Part shown: positions 25,437 through 37,539 of the stretch, piece after piece
Layout of the letters: every line of letters begins with the position of its first letter
Position numbering within the stretch: position 1 is the first letter of the stretch
Origin: Eledone cirrhosa
Taxonomy: Eukaryota
Direction: 5' to 3'
Assembly: GCA_964016885.1 (NCBI GenBank)
Contig: OZ024743.1
Location: forward strand, 161,138,001-161,202,000
Length of the DNA: 64,000 nt
Notes under the pieces: generated by a model
Databases searched by the model: none
Told to the model about the DNA's origin: nothing
The model's input: only the letters and a program-made list of their open reading frames with translations
Program-made: the position numbers and the translations under genes

Positions 25437-28400
25437 GTGTCATTGCTCGAAATGAATACTGATAATAAAAGTAATTCGACTTTATCAAACAGTGAACTAC
25501 AGCGGCGACGGTGTACAGCCAGCAATGAAGAAAAACGGGCCGAACAGCGCCATCGGAACGCCAAACTTCAGAGGCGAAGACGTGCCGCCATGAATGAAGA
25601 GGAGCTGGCTGAACAAAGCCAATGAAACACTGGAGCCAAGCAACGACGGCGTGCTGCGATGGATGAAGAGGGGCTGGCTGAGCATCATCAGCAGATGGCC
25701 ATAATTCAGCAGCAACGGCGTGCTGCGATGGATGAAGAGGAGCTGGCTGAACAGCGCCAGCGCAATACAGAAGTTTAGAGAATGTGTCGCCAAAGTGGTC
25801 CTCATTCCAGTAAAGAGGCTAGAAGGCGATCGGATGATATTAAAAGTGGATCATGGCAACCGTGTCATTTTCAGATAGGTGAACGAGCAAAGTGTCTACA
25901 TTGTTGAACATTGCTTTGGAGGCACGAAAAGACGTGGACCACAATGTGCTGTCATAAAGGAGCAGTTCAACTAGAACCCTTGCGAATGCCGGATGATGAG
26001 GAGTCACCGGAGTTTAAAATATTAAGTATGTGGGGTGATCAAGGAGACCGAGGTAGATTACTGCGCAAATATTCGCGGCAAATTAACAATTCATTAGCTT
26101 TAGCATCGCAGAGAGTTAGTGAGATTTTTGAGAGTGGAGCATGGCAACCGTATGTAGTCATTCAAGGCCGTTTGTATCATTGTATTGGTAATTTAGAAGT
26201 TACTCCAGGAGAGAGGCCTCGATTCGCTCAAATTTACGTTAACGATCCAGATTATAGTGAATCTGAGGCGGATATCAGGATCGGTTGGATGAACTTGCCG
26301 GGAAATATAACTGAACTTGAACGGCAAAGGTTAAGTGATTTGATCTGTGATTTTCAATCATAGCTTAGACAGTGTAATCCTTATTTTATGGATTTCATGT
26401 TGGTGGCTGAACTGCAAAATGTTCAGCAGCAAACATTGGTGATTAAGGCTGACGCAGTGCCAAGGAATCAACACGAACCGCGATATAATGCCCCTGAAGA
26501 ATTTGGTGAAGTTGCTGTGTTGATGGACGATAAGCCTAGATCGAGAGATATCGTCCTCAATCGCAGAGATGGTGGTCTCAAAACTATCAATGAGTCAAAT
26601 AGGGAATACGATCCATTGCATGATGTTCTTTTATTCCCAAAAGGTGAAAATGGATGGAACATGTCTGTTCATTTAGATTATCATGAGAATCAGCATCAAC
26701 AGGGAGGTGGCAATAGTCACAACAATTCGATTCGCGACTTTTACGCGTTCCGTTTGAACGAAAAGAATCAACAGAGAAATGCACTATTTCAAGCCAGCAT
26801 ATTGTTCCAGGAATACTGTTGTATGGCATTCGCAAAAATCGAAAATCAAAGGCTAAATTATATAGCTACACATCAGCAACATATCAGAGTTGAATGGTAT
26901 AATAATATACAGGATGCGATAACAGCCGATGGTGCCAATTACAGGCAAATTGGTCGACGCATCATTTTGCCATCGTCGTTAATCGGCGGCCCGAGATATA
27001 TGAATATTCGCTATCAGGATGCAATGGCTATTGTGAGAAAGTTTGGAAAGCCAGATTTGGGTATAACGGTTGCATGCAATCCTGAATGGACTGATATTAA
27101 GGATGCACTTATGCCAGGACAACAGCCAAAGGACCGTCCTGATATTGTGGCAAGAGTATTCAAAGGATATCTGAAAAAGATAATGGATGATGTGGAAAAA
27201 GAGGGAATCTTTGGATATAGTTGCTTTTACATACGTAATTGAATTCCAAAAAAGAGGATTGCCACATGCACATTTGCTGATCATTTTATATAGAGATTGC
27301 AAATTGAGATGTGCTGAGGATGTCGACAGCATTGTGTGTGCTGAACTGTCGGAGAATGAGGCACTACGCAACTTGATAGCAAAGTCAATGGTGCACAACC
27401 AATGCGGAGTGGCAAATCGGAAAGCGCCTTGCATGAGAAATGGCCAATGTAATAAGCACTTTCCGAAATCTTTTGTCACAAACACTTCCTGGAACGATGG
27501 GGATGCTCATCCCTCATACAGAAGACGGTCGTCTGCAGATGGCGGTTTGGTTGAAAATATAAACGGTCGACAGGTTACAAATCAATGGGTTGTGCCATAC
27601 AATCCATATTTGATTATGAAATATCGTTGTCATATTAATGTGGGAATTTGTAGCTCAGTGAAAGCTTGCAAATATCTATTCAAATATGTTTACAAAGGTC
27701 ATGACCGGGCAATGATCAATGTCAGGAATGAGGAAGCGAACCAAGGAGATGAAGTTGGCAGGTTCCAGGATGTTCGCTCGATTGGATCTAGCGAAGCTTG
27801 CTGGAGATTGTTCGATTTTGATCTCAATGAACGCAAACCCAGCGTTCAGAAACTGACGGTTCACTGAGAGAATAGGCAAATGGTCTGTTTTCAGGACACT
27901 AGAAGTGGTGTCGAAAGAATTGCTAACCCACCACCACCTAAGACGGAATTGACTGAGTGGTTCAAGCATAATAGGGAACATGCTTTGAACCCGGATCAAA
28001 GGCAACTCTACTGCGATTTCCCTTCGCACTATGCGTGGGATAAGAAGGGAAAGAAATGGAATGATAGAAAACAAAACTTGAGATTCATGACTATTGGACG
28101 GGTTTGTAATGTCCATCCAGCATCTGGTGATGTGTTTTATCTCCGAATTCTGCATAATGATTTTTCGAGAGGTAAACAGAGCTTCGCTGATTTGAAAACA
28201 ATCAATCGCGTGGAATATGATACATACCAGGCTGTGTGTCAGCATCTGGGACTCCTTCAGGATGACGCTGAATGGAATAACGCCATGGAAGCTGCAGGAA
28301 CAACACAGATGCCAGCTCAAATAAGGCAGTTGTTTGTCACGATTCTAGGATTCTGCAATCCTGCCGATCCAAGAGAGTTATTTGAATGCCATTGGGGAAT

Positions 28401-30049
28401 TATGGCTGATGATTTTAGGCATCATCTTCAGGTCGATGATGAAAATTTGATGAAAGCTATTGTTTTGCTCAATATTGAGCAACTGCTTGAAGTTCATTTC
28501 AAATGTTTAACAGATTTCAATTTTCCAATTCCTCATGAAGAAATGCGGCAACGGGTCTTAGCATTGAACATGAGATTGCAGCTTAGACGGTTTCCACTCA
28601 ATCGGAGGGAACTATTCCAGTTTGATCCACTGGAACAGCAACGTATTGTGGATGAACGTATGCCAATGTTGACCCAATCTCAGAGAGAATTGGTCGATGG
28701 TGTTCTCCACTCGATTTCCACTAATGAGCAGCTTTGTGCTTTCATAGATGCTCCAGGAGGCACCGAAAAGACATTCTGTTTCAACACTATGTTATCGGCA
28801 GTCAGAGCTCAGAGGAAGATTGTTCTCCCTGTGGCCACCAGTGGGATCGCTACCACTTTGCTGAGTGGTGGAAGGACCTTCCACTCATGCTTCAGGTTCC
28901 ATTGGCTCCGGATGAATTGAGTGTTTGTAACATTACAGGACAAAGTGAACTCGCGGGCCTTATACGCAATACGTCTCTGATTATTTGGGACGAGGCTCCA
29001 ATGGCACACAGATATTTGCTGGAGGCATTGGACAGAACTTTGAGAGATATCTTCGGTAGTGACCTGCCATTCGGTGGTAAGACTATCGTTCTTGGTGGCG
29101 ATTTCAGACAGGTGCTACCAATTGTTAGGAATGCTCAAAGAGCGCAAATTGTCGATGCATGTCTGAAAAGGTCCCCGTTGTGGCGCCATTTCAGAGTTTT
29201 GCGATTACACGATAATATGCGACTTCGTATGTTCGGGCAAAACGAAGAGGCTGAGACATACGGCCGATGGTTGATGCAGTTGGGAAACGATGAATTGCCA
29301 CATGTTGGTGATAATCAGACTGTAAGAATCCCAGACCATTTGGTCATGCCACTGGACGGCCAAGCATTTATTGACTGGGTGTTCCCTAATTTGAATGCTT
29401 TTTGGCAGAATTTCTCCTGGATATCGCAACGCGTTATTCTAACTCATACGAATGCAACGGTCATGAAATAAATTCACAAGTAGCCGGAATGTTTCCTGGA
29501 GAGGAATGGTTGACCGTCAGTGCGGATGCAATGAAGCCTAATCAGCAGAACAATATGGATATTCCGACTGAGTATCTGAATTAACTTCAAATAGCCGGAT
29601 TCCCCCCCCCCCCCCATATTTTGAGGTTGAAAAAGGGTATGTCGATTATATTGCTTCGAAATATCAATCATAAAATGGGTCTTTGCAATGGTACCAGATT
29701 GATTGTTGAGAGATTGATTAACAGAAGAGTTTTAGAAGCTAAATTCCCAGGCAGAGAGGACTCGGTTCTCATTCCAAGGATCATGCTGAGACCAAGTGAA
29801 GATCTGCTGCCATTTATTTGGCAAAGGAGACAGTTTCCCGTCAATTTGGCCTTTTCCATGACTGTCAACAAGGCACAAGGACAGATCTTCAAGCGAGTCG
29901 GTGTCTGCTTGAATGATCCAGTATTCAGTCATGGGCAACTGTATGTTGCTGCATCTCAAATGTGCGATCCTGATGGTGTAAAATTTGCAATTGATACCAC
30001 TAACAGAGGAACAACCCTGAATATTGTTTATAATGAAGCTTTGAGCTGA
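25437..30049 (+). pseudogene. Helitron RepHel (HUH Rep plus PIF1-type helicase) with stops and frameshifts
   Basis: PDLGITVACNPEW, VIEFQKRGLPHAHLLI, KYLFKYVYKG, DAPGGTEKT (mutated Walker A), IIWDEAPM, GGDFRQVLP, RRQFPVNLAFSMTVNKAQGQ, FSHGQLYVA. Confidence 0.96.
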
Positions 30050-30079
30050 TATATGCATATCTTTAATGCTATCAATAAG

Positions 30080-30415
30080 CGACGTAAATGATTCTGACAT
30101 TGGTGTCCTTTGATCAGTATTGTGAGCTTTGACAGAGTTATCATTTATGTTCAATGTCATTTAATGTCGTTATGAGCAATAAAAACAAACAAGTATTGGT
30201 AAAAATTGCTTTCACTGCTATGTTGCGCAATAAATGGCAACAAGTATTGGTAGAAATTGCCTTCACTGCTATGAATATTCGACGTAAATGATTCAGACAT
30301 TGGTGTCCTTTGATCAGTATTGTGAGCTTTGACAGAGTTATCATTTCTGTTCAATGTCATTTATTGTCGATAATGAGCAATAAAAACCAACAAGTATTGG
30401 TAGAAATTGCCTTCA
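30080..30415 (+). repeat. ~200-bp tandem duplication in the Helitron 3' region
   Basis: CGACGTAAATGATTC..TGAGCAATAAAAAC at ~30080 and ~30280. Confidence 0.85.
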
Positions 30416-30481
30416 AATTTATCGCTTCTGATAGCGGTGGTAATAAAACCTTATCATATGCTGAGTCTGGCAAAAAGTTTG

Positions 30482-30633
30482 GAGTTCAACTCGGAGAGGT
30501 GGCCTGGTTTGAACTCCAAATGACGGATCCTTCTACTTCGAAAATAGAATCGTTTTTCAATATTACTCTATTTTCGAAGTAGAAGGATCCGCCATTTGGA
30601 GTTCAAACCAGGCCACCTCTCCGAGTTGAACTC
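30482..30633. repeat. Near-perfect inverted repeat, 67-bp arms, 18-nt loop
   Basis: One mismatch between arms. Confidence 0.95.
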
Positions 30634-30845
30634 TGGGCAATATTGACTGTCTATTACTCAGTGGCTAAGAGCCTGGAAATTACTGAATAAATTTTTGTGT
30701 CATATAATTTGTTGTTTTATTATTATAGCTGACCACTTATAGATAAGCATGTTATCCATATCCATATTAATTTGGCATTTGTATAAACCATTTCAAGTAA
30801 ATAGGGACCTTTTTTACATTGACGGAAATCTTTTATATTAATTAT

Positions 30846-31203
30846 CTATATCTATATATAGATATATTATAAAAGATTGGAACTTCCATCATCCTTTTGA
30901 GAAACGTGGAACAACCACGTCTATGCAATGATACACGTTTTACAGTCAGACAGAAGATGAACCACCTCCTAGAGGTCACTATTCTAGGTGGGAGCACCTA
31001 GAATTGTTCATATACTATGCACAAACGGTACAACGAAGAATCTGGTATATCTGGAAGATTTCTTTTACTGTTTTTGGTATCACACAGACACCACGGACTC
31101 GCCTCATACTGTAACCAGAAAAATATCCAATACAGTCATTTTCTCTTTTACCTGTTTTCTCTTATCATCTGTTTACCCGGGCAAAGCTGGGTATGTCAGC
31201 TAG
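30846..31203 (+). mobile_element. Second, short Helitron-derived segment supplying the 3' terminus
   Basis: A|TCTATATCTATAT start. Helicase remnants KIGTSIILLRNVEQPRLCNDTR and RVGAPR..TKNLVY diverge from the main ORF. Confidence 0.7.
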
Positions 31204-31389
31204 TAACTAATATTGTTTCTTTTATTCTTGAAACCATGGTAGAGAAACGATTATATGTATGGAGGTGTATGTATATGTATTCAGAGCTGGAGAGGAGATG
31301 GGCTCCGCCAGGTTTAAAATTCCATAGAAACACTGTATGTCATTATTACCCTCCCCACCCGATTCCCTAAGCAGTTACGGGTCCATCCG

Positions 31390-31482
<93 letters not shown>

Positions 31483-31573
31483 ACCTATATATAGCAATGA
31501 CTTTGGTACCAACCAGTCGGGAAAGTAGGAAAGAAGATGAATTAGCAAATGAGATTTCACAAACGGAAATAAT

Positions 31574-31751
31574 TGTTTCTACTTTAGGCACAAGGCCAGC
31601 AATTACCCAGTGCATTACTGGTACTTTATTTTATCGACCCCGTAAGGATGAAAGGCAAAGTCAACCTCGGCGGGATTTGAACTCAGATCGTAAAGGGACG
31701 TAACTATGCTGGAAAGCATGGCGTCCGACCCTCCACCGATACTGCCAATCC
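31574..31751 (-). mobile_element. SINE family A with 11-bp TSD
   Basis: ACGGAAATAAT at 31563-31573 and 31752-31762. Confidence 0.9.
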
Positions 31752-32369
31752 ACGGAAATAATAGATATAAATTCCATTCCAAATATATCGCAAGTCATAT
31801 AGTTTAGTAAAAACATAATTAGTCAAGGATAGGGAAAAGTATCTAGCGATAAAGTCTCAAAATTCACTCCTCCATTGTCGAACCCAGATCTGTCAATATT
31901 TGAAACGTATAGACACTGAATAATGTTAACAAGCTAAGATTATTTTGAACTATATATCTTATCACAAACATGTCGTATATCAACACTATGTTCTTGTGGA
32001 GATTGCCCAGAAATCTGTTAGCGCTATTTGTTCAAATATAGTGACCGAGAGAGAGAATATGTTAAAGATGGTATTTAAAACACTACCAAGATTTGAAGTA
32101 CAATACATTGTCCAAGATCTATCAACTAAAAACCAGATCTTTACATGGAAGCAATGAAAAGATTCAACAATAGAAACTTTTAGCTGTTTGATAGTTGTCC
32201 TTGCTTTTCAACATTTTAAAAACATATGTATACCTCTGTTGTCCTTCGCTTTCTTTTAGTCTTTCTCTATCTTTCTCTTGTTTGTATTTTTTATCTGTAA
32301 AGTTATTAGATGAGTCTCGTGACACCTATGTATAAGGCAAAACCGGTGTTTTTGTGGTAGCCCAGCAGT

Positions 32370-32578
32370 CACTCATGCATACCAGTCTCTTCTCTCCATG
32401 CGACCGATGTTGTCTAAGGGAAAGGCAAAGGTCAATACAACTTGGCACCAGTGACGTCGTAACTCATTCCATCTGAGTGTAATAAAATGTCTTGCTCAAC
32501 GACACAGCGCACCGCCCAGTCCGGGAATGCACAACCTCATGATTATGAATCTAACTTTCTAACCCCTAAGCCATGCGC
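32370..32578 (-). mobile_element. tRNA-derived SINE (family B-related)
   Basis: Reverse complement starts GGCGCATGGCTTAGGGGTTAGA..CCCGGACTGGGCGGTGCGCTGTGTCGTTGAGCAAGACATTTTATT. Confidence 0.65.
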
Positions 32579-32588
32579 CGTATATATA

Positions 32589-32663
<75 letters not shown>

Positions 32664-32699
32664 CTATCTATCTATCTATCTATCTATCTACCTCCCACT

Positions 32700-33450
32700 C
32701 GCTCTCTCTTCTCTTTTCTTCCTTTTTTCCCTTCTTTCTATTTTCCTTCCCTATCTCCTCCGTTTTCCCAATAACTTACCTAGTTATTGAACGCTCCGAG
32801 GGTAGATATATGGTCATTAGAGCGTTGAAATATCCGAGACCCCCAGTAGACAACTGATGAGGACCCCCCTCCCGTTCTTGCTTTCTTCTTAATTTTAAGC
32901 CTACCTTAACTAGCAACTACACAGCCTTCCTATTCTCCATTTATTTTATTATGTTTCGCTGTGACCCGTCCTCTCTCTCCTTCTACCTACTTATTTCGTT
33001 CCTCTACTCTTCCCCCTTTTTCTTCCTCTCCCTTTCTCCCTCTCACTTTCACTCACTCTCTCTGCCAACTACCTCATTGTTTCCCTCGCCTGATCCTCTA
33101 CCAGTTCTTTTCTCACTCACACTCGCTGGGATCAGACGGGTTTTTTCTTTCGTCCACGCGCTTTAGAACTTACGTTCAGCACCGTTGTGAACTTGGATTT
33201 TCTTTCTTGAAGTTGCTCGCACATTCTCCGGTTGTTGTTTTTATTTCGCTGTTTTTCTCTTTTCTTCCTTTTTTTCCCCTCTCCTTTCTATTTTCCTGCC
33301 CCGTTTTCCCAATAACTTACCTAGTTATTGAACGCTCTTGGGGTAGATATATTGTCTCTAAAGCGTTGAAATATCCGAGAACCCCAGTAAACGACTGATG
33401 AGGAAAATTACCCTCCCCCCGTCCTTGCTTTCTTCTTAATGTTAAGCCTA
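32700..33450 (+). repeat. Partial tandem direct repeat (~200 bp shared, ~540-bp period) of an unclassified element
   Basis: CCGTTTTCCCAATAACTTACCTAGTTATTGAACGCTC..ACTGATGAGGA..TTAAGCCTA at ~32760-32905 and ~33300-33450. Confidence 0.85.
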
Positions 33451-33567
33451 TCTATATATATATATATATATAGTAATAATAATAAATGTGAAGACTAAAA
33501 TCCAATGAGGGCTCGATAAGGATAAATATATATCAAATATATAAGAACCCTAGAGCAAATATTTATT

Positions 33568-33627
33568 AAAATAACAGATTAAAGTTTAAGCAAAGAATCG
33601 GTGCTTTCACCCTTAAACTTTAATCTG

Positions 33628-33683
<56 letters not shown>

Positions 33684-33736
33684 CAGATTAAAGTTTAAGG
33701 GTGAAAGCACCGATTCTTTGCTTAAACTTTAATCTG

Positions 33737-33742
<6 letters not shown>
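33568..33742. repeat. Double hairpin: a ~65-bp self-complementary unit and its inverted copy around (TA)n
   Basis: AAATAACAGATTAAAGTTTAAG arms. The two loops are reverse complements of each other. Confidence 0.92.
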
Positions 33743-33806
<64 letters not shown>

Positions 33807-33840
33807 TCTTTTACCTGTTTCAGCCACCGGCTGAGGCCAA

Positions 33841-34138
33841 TTATAAATGTAAGCTATCGCCGTATTTTGACTAAAGGAATTAAAGAAATTATTTAGCCTG
33901 ATAGTGGGGTTAAGAACCCTCGGAGAAATGGAAAAAGATGTAAATGGTAGCACAGTGGTCTGGATAACCAAAGATGTGGGTTCGACTCCCATGTACGTCA
34001 ATACTCATCTTTTTCCATTTCTCCGAAGGTCTTACCCCACTATCAGGCTAAATAATTTCTTTAATTCCTTTAGTCAAAATACGGCGATAGCTTACATTTA
34101 TAATAATTTCAAACCCGCTCGCTGTTTCGAAAATATTC

Positions 34139-34142
<4 letters not shown>
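33841..34142 (+). mobile_element. tRNA-like-headed element with inverted copy of its 3' part at the 5' end
   Basis: 33841-33940 is the reverse complement of ~34006-34104. Spacer carries the tRNA-like sequence also seen at 21140. Confidence 0.85.
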
Positions 34143-34193
<51 letters not shown>

Positions 34194-34517
34194 GTGTGTG
34201 TGTGTGTGGTGTGTCTGTGTGTGTGTGTGTGTGTATGTGTGTGTGTGTATGTAGATAAATCTATCAAAATAAACGATAGTGTCCAATCCGTATGAAGAAC
34301 TCAATGTAATCCAAAAAGAGAAAATGCATTCAAAATTGAACGATAAAAATCATAGGAAAACAGAGTCAAGATAAATTAATCAAAACAATGAAATAAAAAC
34401 AAAGAACAGGTTCCTTATATTTAAAAAATTCTTTATATTAAAAAAAATCATTTGTTTTTAGTATAAGGAACCTGTTCTTTGTTTTTATTTCATTGTTTTT
34501 TATTAATATAAATATAT

Positions 34518-36411
34518 ATATTGTTATGCTTTGGGAGGGTCATGTTGCCAATAAGAAACACACGCACCAGTTGCTTTCACTCCAATTTATTATAAGTTAA
34601 ATTTATAAATTTAAGAATTTATAAATTTCCGGTTGGTTGGTTGGTTCCACAACCGGACGGTTGTACATATATTGTCAAAGTTCTTTCGTCACACATTCTG
34701 TGACCTCTTCAGGACTGGGGCTTCTTTTCTTTGTTTTTGTGCCTCTCCTTTTTTCTGTCCTACGCCAACTTGTTTTTTTGTGTGTTGTGTGCTTAGTTTG
34801 TGTTGCATGTGTTACATCCGAGTTGTCTGTGTGTGTTTATATTTGTTTATTTACATGTTACTGGCTGGTTGTTTGTTCTATGTGTGTGTGTGTTTTCATT
34901 TTGTCCTTAATTGTAAGTTGTGATGTTGCTATTCCATTCATGTTGTCTATTTAATTTGGTTGGAGTTCATTTATGTTTATTGCCTCTGTGATTTGTCTAA
35001 ACATTGCGTCTTTTCTGTGTGTAGTTTCTATTTTTATTTCTATTATGCCAAACCCATTATGCCAAACCCATGACTTCCAAATATCTGATCCACCGAAACT
35101 CAGCTGTTTCGGATCACACCAAAATCAACATACTGATTGCGGATTTGGTACAGGTGATGAGAAACGTGTCCCGCATGTGCAACCCCAAAGAACTAGAGAG
35201 ACACATACAACACTTCATCCACCAAATGCAGTTCTCTGGTTACAATCAGAGAGATAAAATCAGAGTATATAGAGGAGCCAGAACCAAATGGGAAACAATG
35301 GTAAATAATGATACAAATAGGACCTGCCCCTTGTATAGGAGCAAATTTTGGATATAACAGAAAGAACTAGGAATAAGGTTAATAGAATAAACTCATGGTA
35401 TGATAGCAATAAATACCAGAATGTAATGTTCATCAATACAACACCTAGAGGTGAATTAGCTTACAAATTTAGAAGGGCCCTAGATAAACATGAACTCAAT
35501 ATTAAGATAGAAGAAAGACCAGGTACCTCCATAAAAATACTTATTAGCAATACATACCCTTTTAAAAGACCTCCCTCTATAGATAAGAAACGTATAATCT
35601 GTAAACTAAGCCTCCATATTAACTGTAAAACTAGAAATGTAGTATATAGCATAAGATGTACTGAAGGACAATGTAGAGATAAAAATATAGTGTACATATG
35701 TGAGACAGTTCGTAGTATAGGAGAACGGATAAATGAACACTGTCGAGAGCTTCAAGATAGAAAAGAATCATCTGTACTCCACCAACATGCTAAAATAGAA
35801 CATAAAGGTAAATTAGAGAACATAGAAATAAAAATAGAATCTACACCCAGAAAAGATGCAATGTTTAGACAAATCACAGAAGCAATAAACATAAATGAAC
35901 TCCAACCAAAATTAAATAGAAAACATGAATGGAATAGCAACATCACAACTTACAATTAAGGACAAAATGAAAACACACACACATAGAACAAACAACCAAC
36001 CAGTAACATGTAAATAAACAAATAAATAAACAAATATAAACACACAGAGACACTCGGATGTAACACATATGCAAACTAAGCACACAACACACACACAAAC
36101 AAGATGGCGTAGGACAGAACAAAGGAGAGGCACAAGAAACAAAGAAAAGAATCCCCAGTCACTGAAGAGGTCACAGAATGTGTGACGAAAGAACTTTGAC
36201 AATATATGTACAACCATCCGGTTGTGGAACCAACCAGCCAACCGGAAATTTATAAATTCTTAAATTTATAAATTTAACTTATAATAAATTGGAGTGAAGC
36301 AACTGGTGCGTGTGATTCTTATTGGCAACATGACCCTCCCAAAGCATAACAATATCGGTTTCAACACACGTTTTCAGATAAAGAATCTTGTTAAACAAAT
36401 TCAGAAACGAA
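34518..36411 (+). mobile_element. 5'-truncated Penelope-like element with ~530-bp inverted terminal repeat
   Basis: ORF 35050-35959: RT thumb plus Cys linker plus GIY-YIG (NCKTRNVVYSIRC..YICETVRSIGERINEH..RQITEAINI..PKLNRK). 34518-35047 is the inverse of ~35820-36355. Confidence 0.92.
36158..36200 (+). ncRNA. Minimal type I hammerhead in PLE terminal repeat
   Basis: GTCA CTGAAGA G GTCAC..GTGAC GAAA GAAC TT TGAC. Inverted copy at 34674-34715. Decayed copy at 44121-44163. Confidence 0.75.
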
Positions 36412-36447
<36 letters not shown>

Positions 36448-36462
36448 TTTTCTTTAGGTCGT

Positions 36463-37057
36463 TTTGGAAGCCTCAACAATGCAGATGGGTAATTCTCCGG
36501 GTAACAAGATCCGGTGGTGAAGAGAGAGATGTAAGTGAATGTAGAATGAGATGTGTAGTGTGTAGAAGAACGTAGGAAAGAGCGTAAAAAATAAAAATAA
36601 TAACACGAGATAGAGTTACCTGAGGAGAGATTTAATTGTCCTTATATTTCGGATTCACATCCATCAACTGGGTTTTTTTCGGGGGGGGGGGGGCATCTGT
36701 CGGATAGGTGCGATACGTGTCCTCCGCTGTTCGTTGTTTTGAATATCTAAGGTATTCAGCAAAGCGCACGCGCGCGTGAAATGGGGTCGGTCAAGCAGAG
36801 GTCGGCGGCCGAAATAGTACTTTTAATTGTGGGAGTGGGGTGGCGTTAGCTGTCAATCCATTGTATTATCTGCCCGTGCTGGTTTCTGTGTTAGCAGTGT
36901 TGAATCGTGTGTGGTGGTGGTAGTATTCTCTGTCTGTTTGGTGAATGCTACTGTGTGTGTGTGTGCGCGTGTTGTTGTCTCGCTTGTGTGTGTGTGTGTG
37001 TGTGTTGTTGCCTCGGTTGTCTGTATTAACAGTGTAGTATATTAGTATGGTGGATGC

Positions 37058-37105
<48 letters not shown>

Positions 37106-37481
37106 GTTGTTGTCTCGCTTGTGTGTGTGCGTGTGTTGTCTCGCTTGTGTGTGTGCGTGTGTTGTTGCCTCGTTTGTTTATTTAAACCAATCCGGCGGCT
37201 GCACATCCGGATCAAGGAGCACATCAACACAAGAGCCTCGTCTTTCCGGAAACACATAACCAAATGCGGAAACAATGACGGAAGGCCCATTGTCACAATA
37301 CTAGCGACGGAACGAAACGTTGGCACATTACGAATCAAGGAAGCACTTTGGATCATACGCCTAGGGCCACAAATAAATAACCGATCCGAAAGAAGCGAAA
37401 TGAGGTGGCTGGTTTAAATAAACAAACGAGGCAACAAAATACGCACACACACACACACACACACACAAGCGAGACAACAAC

Positions 37482-37539
<58 letters not shown>

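Larger units (their letters stand above)
24604..31203 (+). mobile_element. Helitron, near full length, inactivated
   Basis: 5' TC, 3' hairpin plus CTAG|T, RepHel coding region. Confidence 0.95.

Noticed and set aside
32305-32350. TAGATGA GTCT..AGGC AAAACCGGT hammerhead-like relic
   Set aside because: At least three core mismatches and no stem I.
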